Source: Nageia nagi (taxonomy: Eukaryota; Plantae; Pinophyta). From it: DNA of 64,000 nt. This document shows positions 52,311 to 64,000 of the stretch, in pieces (position 1 is the first letter of the stretch; the number at the start of each line of letters is the position of its first letter). The stretch covers positions 79,732,001-79,796,000 of the forward strand of contig JBITNC010000001.1 of NCBI GenBank assembly GCA_050084985.1, written 5' to 3'. The translations under genes and the position numbers were made by a program. The notes under the pieces are model-generated. The model saw only the letters and a list, made by a program, of their open reading frames with translations, searched no databases and had not been told where the DNA came from.

Positions 52311-52865
52311 TCCACCCAATAAAGAGCCAAGTTTTTCATCATTTAACCTGCCAAGGATGTGGAACCTTGAAGGAGAGACTCAAGAATCACAGCTAGATCA
52401 TGGCATGTTTATCATCATTCTTTATTCCTCAACTTGTACATACTGTGTGGAGTCCTATCTATTGAGGGCGCATGAGGACAAATGATAGTGCTGAATAAAC
52501 AATGGACTTGAGACAAGCAAAACAAAGCAATAAGCAGTGTTACTAAAATTACCAAGTAATTAAAAGCTTTTTTATAATCTACTGATGTTCAAGTCAGCCT
52601 GTTTTCTAAAATCAATGCAAAAATCTGGAATTCTGTGATAAGAATCCAAAAAAAATAAAAATTTGAAAACTGTGGTTCCTTACCAAAGTTTTGGCAAACA
52701 TGATTTTCTTAAAATTGACAATACAAACACATGATGGAGAATGCTGTATTTTCAAATAAATTGAAGAATTTAAAATAAAGCATGATCAAGCGACACAAAA
52801 AGACAGTGGAGGAAGTTTTAGCAATGCAAGTAGAACATTCAGAAGGATATGGAGTTCAAATAGAA

Positions 52866-52927
52866 GTAATATTTTCAAAACATAGTTTACAAATTCGTAA
52901 TATTTTCAAAACATAGTTTACAAATTC
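52866..52927 (+). repeat. Perfect 31-bp tandem duplication spanning the hAT left junction
   Basis: gtaatattttcaaaacatagtttacaaattc x2 (52866-52896, 52897-52927). Confidence 0.9.
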
Positions 52928-54466
52928 GTCATATATGCCAAATTCGCTGATTTTTCCTCCAAAAAACACCAAGTACGCCTTTTTTCCTTGCAAAATACGG
53001 TACTGTATATACATCCAAAATACGCCAAATACGCCAAGTAAACATCAGAAATTCGCCAGTTTGATCAGTCAGATCATGAAAAAGGACCAGGTGTATATTC
53101 AGTGAATAAATGTAAAAAAAAGGCCAAAAGAAACAAATTTGCCACGAATTTGTGGCATGACATAAGCAAATTGAAATTTTTAAGTGACCCCCAACTTTCC
53201 CTTAGCATTTTCTCGAAACAACACAAGTTGAAGCATAAGTACAGAACTCAGAGTCCCTTGAATCCACACATGATATTTATGTTGGTGGTAGCTTCAAACA
53301 TCTCAGCTAGTCTCTGAGTTATCTTCCCCAAGACGTGGAGCTAACCTTTGGGGTAACCAGTCCCCATAGCGGTAAGGAGTAACGTCCTTTCACCTGAGAT
53401 GTTGGAGTTTTTCTCACTACTCTAGGGTAGGAAAGAAAAACCACCCAATAAATCCCTCATTTAGTAATGTAAGTCCATGCGTAATAGTGGGAGATCCATA
53501 GGAACAATTACAGGAGGAGTTTTGATCTGAATAGCTTGACTTGGAAGAGGAGATAGATACACTTGCATCCATGGAGGGCAAGGAGGAGATGCAACACTGG
53601 TTGGCACTTGCACATTGAGAATATGGATCCCAATCTATTACCTCCTATTATGGACTTTGGAGTTGGACGTCAACCTAACATTGAGACTAAGCCCGATGAT
53701 GATGAGCAAACTTGTTTGGTACCAAAGACAAAGGCCCAAGATACGCCAGAGTCTTACAAGATTGCCTCCTCATATTAGTACTACTACGAGAGCACCTTCT
53801 CCCAGTGTTTTAAAACTTGCAATTAATCGCACATAATCGTAGATTAATTGCTAATTCAAAAGATTTGAACAATCACCAAAAAATACCAGAAATGCATATT
53901 TGGGAATATTTGCATTTGACCGAGTCCATGGCAAGTTTGACAGAGTAATCGCCATGCCAGTAACTACCAAAATCATGCTTCTCGACATGATTAATCACCC
54001 AACCAAAAAGAACTATAAAAAGAGGTGTGAGGGTCCACTTTTAGGCATCTAGTTATGAAGTTTGAAGAGAAAATTTGTGAGCGAGAGTGAGTACGAGTCT
54101 TCTAGGTCCTCTTAGCAATTTTGTGAGGCATTTTTCTATTGTAGTGGGAGGACATTTGTGAGAGTTCTATTGTTGTGGGTTTTGTTGTTGTATTTGTGGG
54201 TATTGGGTTATGTTGTGAGTTGAAGTTCTTCTGTTATAGTTAGAAGTAGAGTGGTGTTGAGGCCATCTCCAACCAACTTCTTGTTGAGGGAGACATCCCC
54301 TACCATCTCCAGCTGCTTGTTCAGCTAATTGCTGGTATATTTTCTTCCTTTTTCTTTTATAGTTGCAAACTTGCAAATGTTTGTCGAAGAGAATAATTTA
54401 CCATTTAGTGAATCAGTAATTTCAATTGATCACCAAGTATACAGTCTGTTCAAGAGATTATGATCT

Positions 54467-54690
54467 ACACTTGCAACGAAAGTTGATTTGATGTAATAGA
54501 AATTTGAAGCTTTTTAGGTTTGTTACTGTTAAATGCTAAAGTCTAAAGAGAGTATGTTCTACAATTGCAACGAAAGTTGATTTGGTGTATCAGAATTCTG
54601 AAGCTTTTTAAGTTTGTTTAATTCTTAAAAGTGTATGCTTTACACTTGCAATGAAAGATGAACTGGTGTATCAAAAATCTGAAGCTTGTA
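54467..54690 (+). repeat. Three ~55-bp direct repeats in the hAT 5' region
   Basis: taca.ttgcaa.gaaag.tga..tg.tgta...tgaagctt at ~54467, ~54560 and ~54641. Confidence 0.8.
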
Positions 54691-54769
54691 CAAGTAGGAG
54701 ACAAAAAAATTTAAACCTATATTTCATTTTAAAAATTAAAGGAGTCATTTTATTTTTTATTTTAATTCA

Positions 54770-56960
54770 CTATGGACAAATACAAAATGACGTCTCAATG
54801 TTATAAAATTCTCCTGTTGTGGCAAGGTAATACATGGTGAGGTAAATTGCATGAAGTATCATCTTGCCTGCATTCCTAGCAAAGATGTTGAGATATGCCA
54901 CCAAGTACCCCTCAAGGTGTGACAACAAATGAATACTACCCTGGAAACATTTCATGAGAAGAGGCAAGAAAGAGATGCAATAAGACATGCTAAGGGGAAA
55001 ATAATTCACCACCCCATATCCTATTCCCGGTGCACCCACTAGCAATGTTGGGCCTAGACTTCGCCATTCAGGTGGACAAGCTTCCTACAAACAATTTGTA
55101 GCATCCTTCTTTGTCCCACGAAATGTTCTGTGTGGCTAGCCGACACTACATGCTATAGGATGGAACAAAGAGATGTATCGAAGGCCAGTAAGGCTATTGC
55201 AAATTTCTGGTATTATTGCAAAATACCTTTCCATGTTGTTGATTTGCCAATTTATGAGGCTATGGTGAATGCCTTGACAATTGTTGGTGCAGGGTATAAA
55301 TCCCTCACATCACATAATTTGCAAGGGACACTTCTTGCCAATATAGTTTAGAATGTGACTGCCATCGTCAATGAGCAAAAAAAGACGTGGGTGAGGAAGA
55401 GTTGCACAATAATGTTGGATGGCTAGACAGATAGGTGAGGGAGGACAATAATAAATTTTTAGGTTGCTTCAACTAGAGGAACTATCTTTTTGAGATCAGT
55501 CGATGCATATGATAAAGTAAAAGATAGGAATACTCTTTTTAAGATGTTAGAGGAGGTAGTCTTGGAGGTTGGGCCTGAAAATGTGGTTCAAGTGATAACT
55601 AATAATGCAATTGCATATGTGCCAACGGGCAGACTTATTGAGGAGAGGTTTCCTTCAATTCTTTGGATACCTTGTGTAGCACATTGCATGGACTTAATAT
55701 TGGAGGATATTGGAAAAATATCATGGGTGAAGGAATGTGTTGTGAATGCTAGGAAGCTCACCAAGTTCATATATAACCATTCCTAGATTCTCAACCTGTT
55801 GAGGCAACACACGGATGGTAAGGATATCGTGTGACCAAGTATCACACAATTTGATACCAACTTTGTCAGCCTACAAAGCCTTATTCTAGAAGGGCAAGAG
55901 TGAAGAGGATGTTCATCTCTGGTGAGTGGAACCAATCATAGTGGTCCAAATGTATGGAAAGTAGTGTGTATTGTCTTTGATGATGGCTTTTGGAAAATTG
56001 CAAATGAGGTCACCCAGGTTAGCTCTCGACTCCATGAAATAAAATTTTCAAGTTTTCTACATCCATTTTTTTGCAACTCATGCTTTTTAAGTATCAAGCA
56101 ATGACTGATTTTGCTTGTTCGTTGTCGAAAATTAGATTTCAGAACCCTTGGTGAGAGTTATACAAATTGTTGAGAGTGCAGATAAATCACCAATGGGGTA
56201 CCTGCATGAGGCCATGGAAAAGGCCAAAGAGTATGTTAAGAGGTACTACAAGGACATAATAGCCAAATATATGTTGTTTTGGGAGTTGATTGATTAGAGG
56301 CAGAATGACTTACTCCCTAAGCCAATTCATGTTGCGGGGTGTTTCTTGAATCCAAAATATTTGTTTGTTGAGGAAACAAATTTTGAGGTCGATGATGAAG
56401 TTTCTAGAATACTCTATTTGTGCCTTGAGAGGAGATCAGACACGATCCAGACAAACTTATGCGAGTACATAAAGAGTTGACAACCTATAAGAATGCAAAT
56501 GGCTACGTCTTCTCCAATCTTGCTTGCATCAAGTAAAGAGACATTGAAGTTCCAGGTTTAACTTTAAACATGAAGGTTTTCTAAAATTTAATATAATGTT
56601 GATTTCCAAATTTTTAAATTGGTGATCTAATATACTTTTTTTATTGAATTGCAGTTGTGTGGTGGGCATCCTTTGGTGCCAAATGCCCACTTTTATAACA
56701 GTTGGCAATTCTTATTTTGTTCCAACATTACAACGCTAGTGGATGTGAACGCAATAATAGTGTATTTGAGCAAATACACTCCAAAAGGCGCAATAGGTTG
56801 GTGCAAGAAAGGCTGAACAATTTGGTCTATGTGCACTAAAACCTAAGGCTAGGAATCAAAAAGTTTGAAGGAGATGATGGGGAGGCAATCAATTCAGATG
56901 AAATTGATTTATCATATGAATGAATCAAATGACAATGATGAAGATAATGACATCTTGGAT
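54770..56960 (+). pseudogene. hAT transposase remnant (BED finger, DUF659, hATC dimerization), two small introns
   Basis: CGKVIHGEVNCMKYHLA..C; CTIMLDG*TD; GPENVVQVITNNA; WIPCVAHCMDL (CxxH); WWASFG...ASGCERN.SVFEQIHSKRRNRL. Introns ~56018-56135 and ~56556-56653. Confidence 0.92.
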
Positions 56961-57406
56961 GGTGATAGATTAATGCCAACCTCATTGACTGCATTAGAAG
57001 CAACCAAGGCACCAAAAACAAGGAGAGAAACATCTAAGGCAGCATTTTGTTTTATTGCAAAATTAAAGAAACATTGCAATATGTATTTTGAATTTTCGAT
57101 ATTTATTTATGTAAGGCGGTAAGCACCAAAACAAAATTTGAACTAAATTGCAAAAAACATGTTTTCTGATGCTTTATTATATGTTTTGGTAATGCCAAAT
57201 TGCAAATAGCAGTATTTCTGTTGTGTTTTATCTTTGCCACTTTTTTGCCGAGTTGTTGATTAATCTTTGCATCAAGGCAAACCATTAATGGTGGTTGGCG
57301 AGTTTTCAAACCTTGTCTTCTCCTACTCCACCTACTAGTGGAGCACATGGTGGTGGTATTAGTGTCTGATTGACTAGTAAAAGGGCTAGAGCCTCGGGCC
57401 ATCCAC

Positions 57407-57686
57407 ATCGATGCCTTGAGTCTTGACATTGTATTTAGTTATTTAGTATTTTTTTTACTTGTTGATACATACACTTGTAACTTATGAGTAGACATCTAAC
57501 ATACATTTTGTAAATGGCTTTTATTTTCATATATCGATGCCTTGAGTCTTGACATTGTATTTAGTTATTTAGTGTTTTTTATACTTGTTAATACTTGGCA
57601 CTCAATGGCAGTATGAGAAAATACACTTATAACTTATGAGTAGACATCTAACATACATTTTGTAAATGACTTTTATTTTCATATAT
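57407..57686 (+). repeat. ~126-bp tandem duplication in the hAT 3' region
   Basis: atcgatgccttgagtcttgacattg...ttttattttcatat occurs twice. The second copy has an extra ~26 bp. Confidence 0.9.
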
Positions 57687-58781
57687 TGATGTTATGTCAT
57701 GAATGTTTTGTTAGATGATATGGCCTGTATGGGAATGATTTAATCATTTATGGCAATTAGATAAGCATATTCTACAGAAAAATATAAAAAATTGCATATT
57801 TTTTGTTTTTTTAATGTACCACGTATTTTTCCCAAATTTCTTGTTTTTTCGTCTTTTTCCGTTTTTTCTTCTGAATTTGCCAATTGTTTTGCTAGGAATT
57901 TTTCCCGAATTTGTTGTTTCTTTACCATTCTTTATCTGAATTTGCCATTTTTCGTGCCACGATTTTTTCCTGTTTTTATCGAATTTTTCTCAAATTTTTG
58001 CCAAATTTTAAAATTTGGCCCGGGCCGTATTTTCAAAAAACCATATTCATAAATTGTGATTCAAAATTGGAGAAGGTACAAGTAATGTACGTGTCAAAGA
58101 CAAATATCTGTACAGTGAATTAAATTTTTGATTCCCCATGTGAGAAAATTGGTGTTAAATTAAATGCAACAATAATTCAAGCAAGATATACCCAATACAA
58201 GAATGTGATAATTACTCAAGTAAAGAGAGGCTTGGGTTCCAGATGGAGGGATATTAATGCATATGATGATTAGCAATTTAGCATCATGCAACTGAAGCAA
58301 CAAAAAGCTACAATATAAGGGGAATGAAGAAAATAATCATAGTATGGTGCTATGCGAGTTCTAGACTTCTAGCACATTATACTACAGGTCATAAATAATT
58401 TCAAATGCTCAGAATACTACCAGTTCTTGTTATAGATTCATGTGTACATAGAAAGTATTACGTGGTACCAAGATTGAGTATGAATTTATATATAGATTTA
58501 CATCTTACATTGTATTGAGTGCTTATAAGTTTTCAATATTTGTTGGCCTCTAGCTTGTTTTGACAGAGAAATGAGCAATTTAAAAGCAACAAACGTTCAT
58601 ATGCAATGAAGCAATAAGTATTGGAATCATCAAGTTTTCAGGTTCAAAACAAAATCTTCAAGCAATATACACCTCACATAAGCTTAGTAAATGTTGTTAA
58701 GAACAGCAAAAGTGACCAACCTAAGCAAGAAACTTATTTTTAAGTGCAGCTGAAAGATGAAAAGAATGCACAGATGTGTAC

Positions 58782-58880
58782 CTCTATAGATGGTAAGGAA
58801 TCATAGGGCTTCCTGTCTCTTGGATCATGAACCACGATTCCTGAGATCTTCTGAACTCCCAAGCTGGTGGCTACAAGGCT
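58782..58880 (-). CDS. TRAPPC13: TRAPPC13 exon (SLVATSLGVQKISGIVVHDPRDRKPYDSLPSIE)
   Basis: 99 nt with cag| and |gt boundaries, phase 0. Matches the plant TRAPPC13 C-terminus (LIATKLGVQxITGIxVFDxRExKxYDxLP). Confidence 0.9.
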
Positions 58881-59402
58881 CTGTACAAAGAAAGAATGAA
58901 GATAACCAAAAGTGGATAAAACAAAATAATAGAAACATAATAGCAAAAATAGATAATGACATGCTAATTTTCTTTCCATACTTTTCATATTGTTTAAGCA
59001 AGAAGCAGCCTCACTCTCTAGAATCACAAGGACTCCAAATTCACAAAATGCAAAATGACATCCTCCCCACACAACTTCTAAAATCCCTTTATATACCATG
59101 CCTCTTCTAATTTCTTATTGACCATAACTTAACAATGTTATGTCTCCTAGCTACGTTGGCCCCTTTTTTATTTATTATAACACACCACACTAATATAATA
59201 ACTTTATCTTATAACATAAGGGACCCTATTCTTTTTTTTTATATTTTTATTTTTGGTTCATTACAATTTCATTGGTGTCTAATGTTGAATTTACATCATA
59301 AGTTCAGAAATATTTCAAAGCAACAGCAGCCAAGCTCTTGGATGTACTAAAACCAGCACAATGCAGAATAACTTAATGACATGATTAAGAAAAGAAGAGT
59401 AC

Positions 59403-59447
59403 CAGATTAAAGTCAGTACTGGCAAAGGCTTCCACCTGTGGAACAAT
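59403..59447 (-). CDS. TRAPPC13: TRAPPC13 exon (IVPQVEAFASTDFNL)
   Basis: 45 nt, ttgcag|att...ctg|gt, phase 0. Matches the QVEAFxSTDFxL motif of plant TRAPPC13. Confidence 0.9.
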
Positions 59448-60655
59448 CTGCAACAAGATACTGTCCATGGTAAGTTGAATGCGATGATAATCCAAACAAT
59501 AAGAAGCAAGAAATCAGTTTCTTAAGTTTTTGAAACTTCAGATTAGTAGAAAACTACTAATGAAAAGTACTTAACAAGATGCACTGCTGAGCTAGTCCAT
59601 TATCTTATAGAAGACTTTCTTCTGTGGTATTGATATAATGCAGTTTGTTTCACACTTATCTGAGAATGGGAAAATTTTGTCTATACAATCTAATCCGAGT
59701 GCTTTCTATTATTTTATATTATGAAAAATGTAAATTTTCAGGTATTCCAGAAACTTAGTTTTGATCATGTCTATTGATACTTTGCTTTATGGATAATATA
59801 CAAGGTACTTTAATACTGTCTTAGAGAATTGGTAGAAAGAATCAGCTTCATGTTCAAAAGGAACTTCAAGTTTAAACTATAATTTGCAAACAAATATCAC
59901 ACACACAAACAATGAACGTAATAAGAAATGCATTTACATGTGACAACATGCAGAACATGAATTAGTTTACATCTGTATGCCATATACAAACCCTACCTGG
60001 ATGACTGTATAATTACCTGTATACCACTTCATTTTTTATTAAGTTTCCCTGTACCAACAAGTAGAATCATAATATCTATCAATGCATGAAAGCATATGAT
60101 GGTTGGCAGTTGTAGTCAATCATCAACTAACAACATAAGTTTACACCACTACCAACAAGAGTCTTATGCACCTGATTACTCTCCACTCGTATAATGTTAT
60201 GGTGTTTGCAAGGAAAGCACAAAATGGTACCTACAGACATTTTATTCCAATGGGCATACATTCCATGTGCAGAAATATTTCTACATTATTCATGACCTTC
60301 CAAGGCTTACTATTTACACGAACATAGATATATCAACGAAATAGTCTACTTATAGCATGAAAATTCAGCAATTTGTTTCTTGCTCGCATGTGAGCTTAAC
60401 ATGAAGTTGTAAGGTTGAATATACACCAAGTCAAAACTGAACCTTAGACTTTTTAGTTCTTTACACATTTTATTTAAAATGAATGTGCTCATGAACAATT
60501 GGTGGAAAATGAGTACAATTGAGAATATAAAATCACCCTATTGTGAGTGACAAACATTCTCAAGTAACAGCATAGGCAATTATCTCATCATAAAAATGCA
60601 TTTACATAAATAATAGTAACCTCTTTGGGCTCCATGGTATGAAGTATGAACTTAC

Positions 60656-60775
60656 CAATGTCCAAAGACCATTAACCACAATGGCTCTTTTTACTCCATT
60701 AACATCATCATGAGATAAAGACACCTCAAGTGGCCCTATTCGCCTGTCAGTGTGATTCTGTAGTCTTGCCCTTAC
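60656..60775 (-). CDS. TRAPPC13: TRAPPC13 exon (VRARLQNHTDRRIGPLEVSLSHDDVNGVKRAIVVNGLWTL); upstream exons presumably lie beyond the window
   Basis: 120 nt, tgcag|gta...ttg|gtaagt, phase 0. Matches NQTDRxxGPFEVxLSQ...VNGLQT of plant TRAPPC13. Confidence 0.9.
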
Positions 60776-61210
60776 CTGCAACCATGTGTTAACCTCAGTA
60801 AGCTAAATAATTCTAAGAAAATCTAAAAAGATTATTTAGCAAGAAGAGAAAGCTGTAAAGATCATTCATGATACCCTAATTTTTCATTTTTCCTGATCTT
60901 CGAAGACATTATCTCCAGGTTGAATTTTCTTAGCATTTCTGATATGTCAGTTTCAACATACGATGGAGAAAGAAATGTTTGGTCATGATCTCATTATAGA
61001 AATATTATATAGAAAGAGAGATTTTATTAATGTCTTCGACTGATCAAAGTAGATGAAGGCAGAGATCTACTGCGAAGGTGTGTACAATGGAAAACCAGAA
61101 GGCCCACAACATAAATCTAAAAAACAACTAAAATTAAAAATACTCTATGTAGAAATATAGAGGTAATAAAATGAGATGCAGTAGCACAAGTCCACAAAAA
61201 TAGCAGAAGC

Positions 61211-61539
61211 AAGTCCAATCAGGGCTGGAATGTTGCCCAAGAAGAGAATTGCTGTAGTCATTCATAATTGTGAAAGAGCCCACACAAGATGTAATGATGC
61301 TCATGGAGAGTGATAAGGACAGGATAAAGGGCCCACTAGACCAAAAAGGTAATATAAAGCATTTGAGGTAGAAATGTATATGTTATAGTACAACCTGAAA
61401 TAGTGTCACCAATCCATGCACAAATGGAGTCCGATCAGAGCTGGAAGGTTGCCCAACATGGGTATTGCTAGTCATCCATTATTGTGAAAGAAGTAGAAAC
61501 CTCAAACCACACAAGATTTGATAATGTTCATGGAGAGTC
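61211..61539. repeat. Imperfect ~100-bp direct repeat
   Basis: agtcc.atcag.gctggaa.gttgcccaa...ttgtgaaaga...ccacacaagat...tcatggagagt at 61211-61310 and 61427-61539. Confidence 0.75.
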
Positions 61540-61595
61540 ACCACTTATTAGGGGGGTAGATGCAAAGAGCAATTATTCATATCTCTACTAGAATC

Positions 61596-63915
61596 TGTTA
61601 GAAATCAGCAAGCATACTGTAACATAATAGCAGAAAAAGAACTCAGAAATAACACAAGTATTTAAATGAAAAACCTTGCAATGTGCCAGGAAAAACAACA
61701 GGGCAATGGCAGCTCAGACCTTTTATTAATCTCCAAAATTCACACCATGACAATGCCAAGGGGCATTTCTCTTTTATAGAAAAATATGAAAATTCCACAA
61801 TAGCTGTGTGACTAAAAATAGACTCTTTTAGTAATAGTCACGCTAAATAATAGTTGTCTGCTATTAATAAAACATGCTAAAAATCATAGTTGCACCTAAA
61901 CTTCTCCCACTTGAAGTCTATATACAGGAATTCTTTGCCTATCTTTTCCATCCAAGCTACCATTTGCCCAACGTTGCCTTCATTACGTTTGAAACAAGCC
62001 TAGAGAAGTTATGCACCAATCAAACTTCTCTCCATGGCAAATAGCAACATCCAAAGTGCCCCTTAAGTATCTGAATATCCACTCCACTGCAATCTAATAC
62101 TACCTACCAAGATTTGCTATCAGTCACTTGACATCTTCCACTGCTTGGGTAATGTCTAGTTTGGTGCTCATCAAGGCAAACATGAGGCTTTCTACTGACG
62201 ATGAGTCTAATATACCGACATCCTTGTCTTATCTTCTTTTGTACTAGGACTCTTTTTAGAAGACAATCTAATGTGTGGAGGAAGTGGGGTAGCTATTGGT
62301 TTTGCATTCTGCAAATTGGAGTGCTGCAAAATATTTTCTCCATATGACTTCTAATTTAACCAAATCTTCCTTCCTATTCTGTCGCTATGTATGCTCATTC
62401 CCAAAATTAAGTTTGTTGCTCCAAAATACTTCAAATCAAGTGTTCTAGCCAAGTGAGCCTTGAGATCATTGGATTTCTTCACGCTCAAGCTTTCCACTAG
62501 CATATCATCAACATACAACAACAAAACAATGAAGATACCATCATCAAACACAATATAAAATGCATAATGGTTAGCTTCACTTTTGCTGAAACTTTGGCTC
62601 TTCATGAAAGTTTCAAATATCTTGTACCATATCCTTGGTGCCTGTTTCAAATCATACAGAGGTTTCTTGAGTCTACAAACTAAATTCTTTTTGCCTCTTC
62701 CTTCATAGCCCTTAGGTTGATCCATTAAAAATCTCTTCCTCAAGATCACCATGCAAGAAAGAAATTTTCAAATCAAGCTACTCCAACTTTATAATTTGTG
62801 CTACAAGAAAAACTCTAACAGTAGTTAGCTTCACAATTGATTGAAATATTTCATTAAAGTCTATACCTAAATTCTTCACATACCTTTTCTGACCAAGCAA
62901 GCTTTATGTTCACTTTCATCCTTGTTTATATCTACTTCAACAAGCAAACCTTAGGTTTTTGTTGCTTCTCCTTCCTTTGCATGGATTTTGCATAAATAAT
63001 AACATCCTAACTAATAATTTCATTAGAGACAATAGGAACCCACAATCTATTCCCATTTTTTACTATATCTCCATTGCCAAGAAAAACACAACTTTTACCA
63101 TGCATGCAATAAACGAAACCCTCTTTTGTTTACCAAGAATACAATGCTCACATATCTAAATTACAAGACTTAATCCTTGAAAATATCACTACATCTTGAG
63201 CATTACCAAAAGCTATTGTTGTTGCATGGTTTCTCATCATATCGCCACAAATAGTACAGGGTCCCATAACATTCTCCTTTTGATACCACTAAGGCTCCTT
63301 TGGTAATTATGCAATAATTTTTACCAAAAGTGATAAGATACCCAAGCTTATCCATCATTTTGATAGAAAGCAAATTCTTCCGCAAACCAGGCACATGTCG
63401 TACATGACACAACATCCTTTCTCTACCATTTTCTAACTTAATCCTTAGGTCCCCTTTTCCCATAATTGCACAAGGATGATCATCACCCAAGAAAACCATC
63501 CCACCATTATAAGGTTGATAATTAACAAACCAATCTCTTTAAGGAGGCATGTGGAAAGCTACATTTGAGTCCAAAACCGGGTATTTAAAACAGATATGTT
63601 GTTGCTGGTACAAAAAGTCTCGCATGTTACCATCTCTTCTACTATATTGGCCTTAGTTGATGGTTGATTATGTTTTTCACCATTTTGTTCCCTCTTCATA
63701 TGCCAACAATCCTTTTTCAATTGTCTTGGCTTCCCACAATGCCAACACTTCCCTTTCTCCTTCCTTTTGACTCAGATCTTGACTGTGATCTTCATCTCAC
63801 AACTATGGCTTCATTTGTAGAGGGTTCCAAACGCGATTTTCACCTCAACTCTTCTCTCAGGACCATGAGAGGTACCCATTTCTTGCTTTGTGCTCTTTGG
63901 AGAGGCTTGCATCAC
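61596..63915 (-). mobile_element. Internally deleted Ty1/copia remnant (gag knuckle, protease, partial RT, PPT, probable 3' LTR) in a TRAPPC13 intron
   Basis: CWHCGKPRQLKKDC (~63745), VLDSNVAFHM, VRHVPGLRKNLLS, LYDLKQAPRIW, LYVDDML. PPT caagtgggaga at 61903-61913. The integrase core and most of RNase H are missing. LTR limits are approximate. Confidence 0.85.
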
Positions 63916-64000
63916 TAGGCATCACTGGGCAAAGACGATTGCTGGTACTTCGAGGCCAGTTTGCTACTACAGTCGATGGGCATATCCATTGATCGACCCT

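Larger units (their letters stand above)
52912..58058 (+). mobile_element. hAT DNA transposon (DUF659 type), antisense within the TRAPPC13 intron
   Basis: Imperfect TIRs catagtttacaaattc / atattcataaattgtg. 8-bp TSD tttcaaaa (52904-52911) / attcaaaa (58059-58066), 7/8 match. Repeated short subterminal motifs; transposase remnant inside. Confidence 0.85.

Noticed and set aside
52327-52491. Possible cryptic exon (minus strand) in the long intron
   Set aside because: Only generic AG/GT sites; no homology or frame support.
53340-53430. Hammerhead ribozyme
   Set aside because: A GAAA-stem-UH-like part exists on the minus strand, but there is no CUGANGA core.
58790-59110. 106-aa + strand ORF
   Set aside because: Overlaps the TRAPPC13 exon and intron in antisense; no motifs.
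63915-64000. GC/CpG-richer sequence at the window edge, possibly another insertion
   Set aside because: Too short to classify.

Overview
This is AT-rich, CpG-depleted plant nuclear DNA, most likely a large-genome gymnosperm (inferred from the TE lineages and the very long TE-filled intron). The left ~45 kb is a nest of decayed transposable elements. In order: a Tat-type gag remnant; a spliced plant-mobile-domain (PMD) pseudogene on the minus strand; an L1-clade LINE with an extra third ORF; a 19-kb minus-strand Tat-clade Ty3/gypsy element (extra RNase H between protease and RT, tRNA-Arg PBS, long extra ORF after pol) with a 6-kb chromovirus-like gypsy inserted into it (TSD TAAAT); and a Copia with a second Copia nested in it (TSD ATATT). 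The right ~18 kb holds the last four coding exons of a host gene, TRAPPC13 (minus strand). Its 12,051-bp final intron carries an RTEX-like LINE and a hAT transposon, and the intron running off the right edge carries a deleted Copia. No rRNA, tRNA or CRISPR array was seen. Best 'new system' candidate: three unrelated TE contexts each carry an accessory ORF with a PMD-like motif layout followed by an acidic/low-complexity region (with an evident coiled-coil tail in two of the three). This suggests a shared TE-borne accessory protein family; it is an inference from hand alignment and needs profile or structure searches. Coordinates of decayed ORFs are approximate; all translations and alignments were done by eye.
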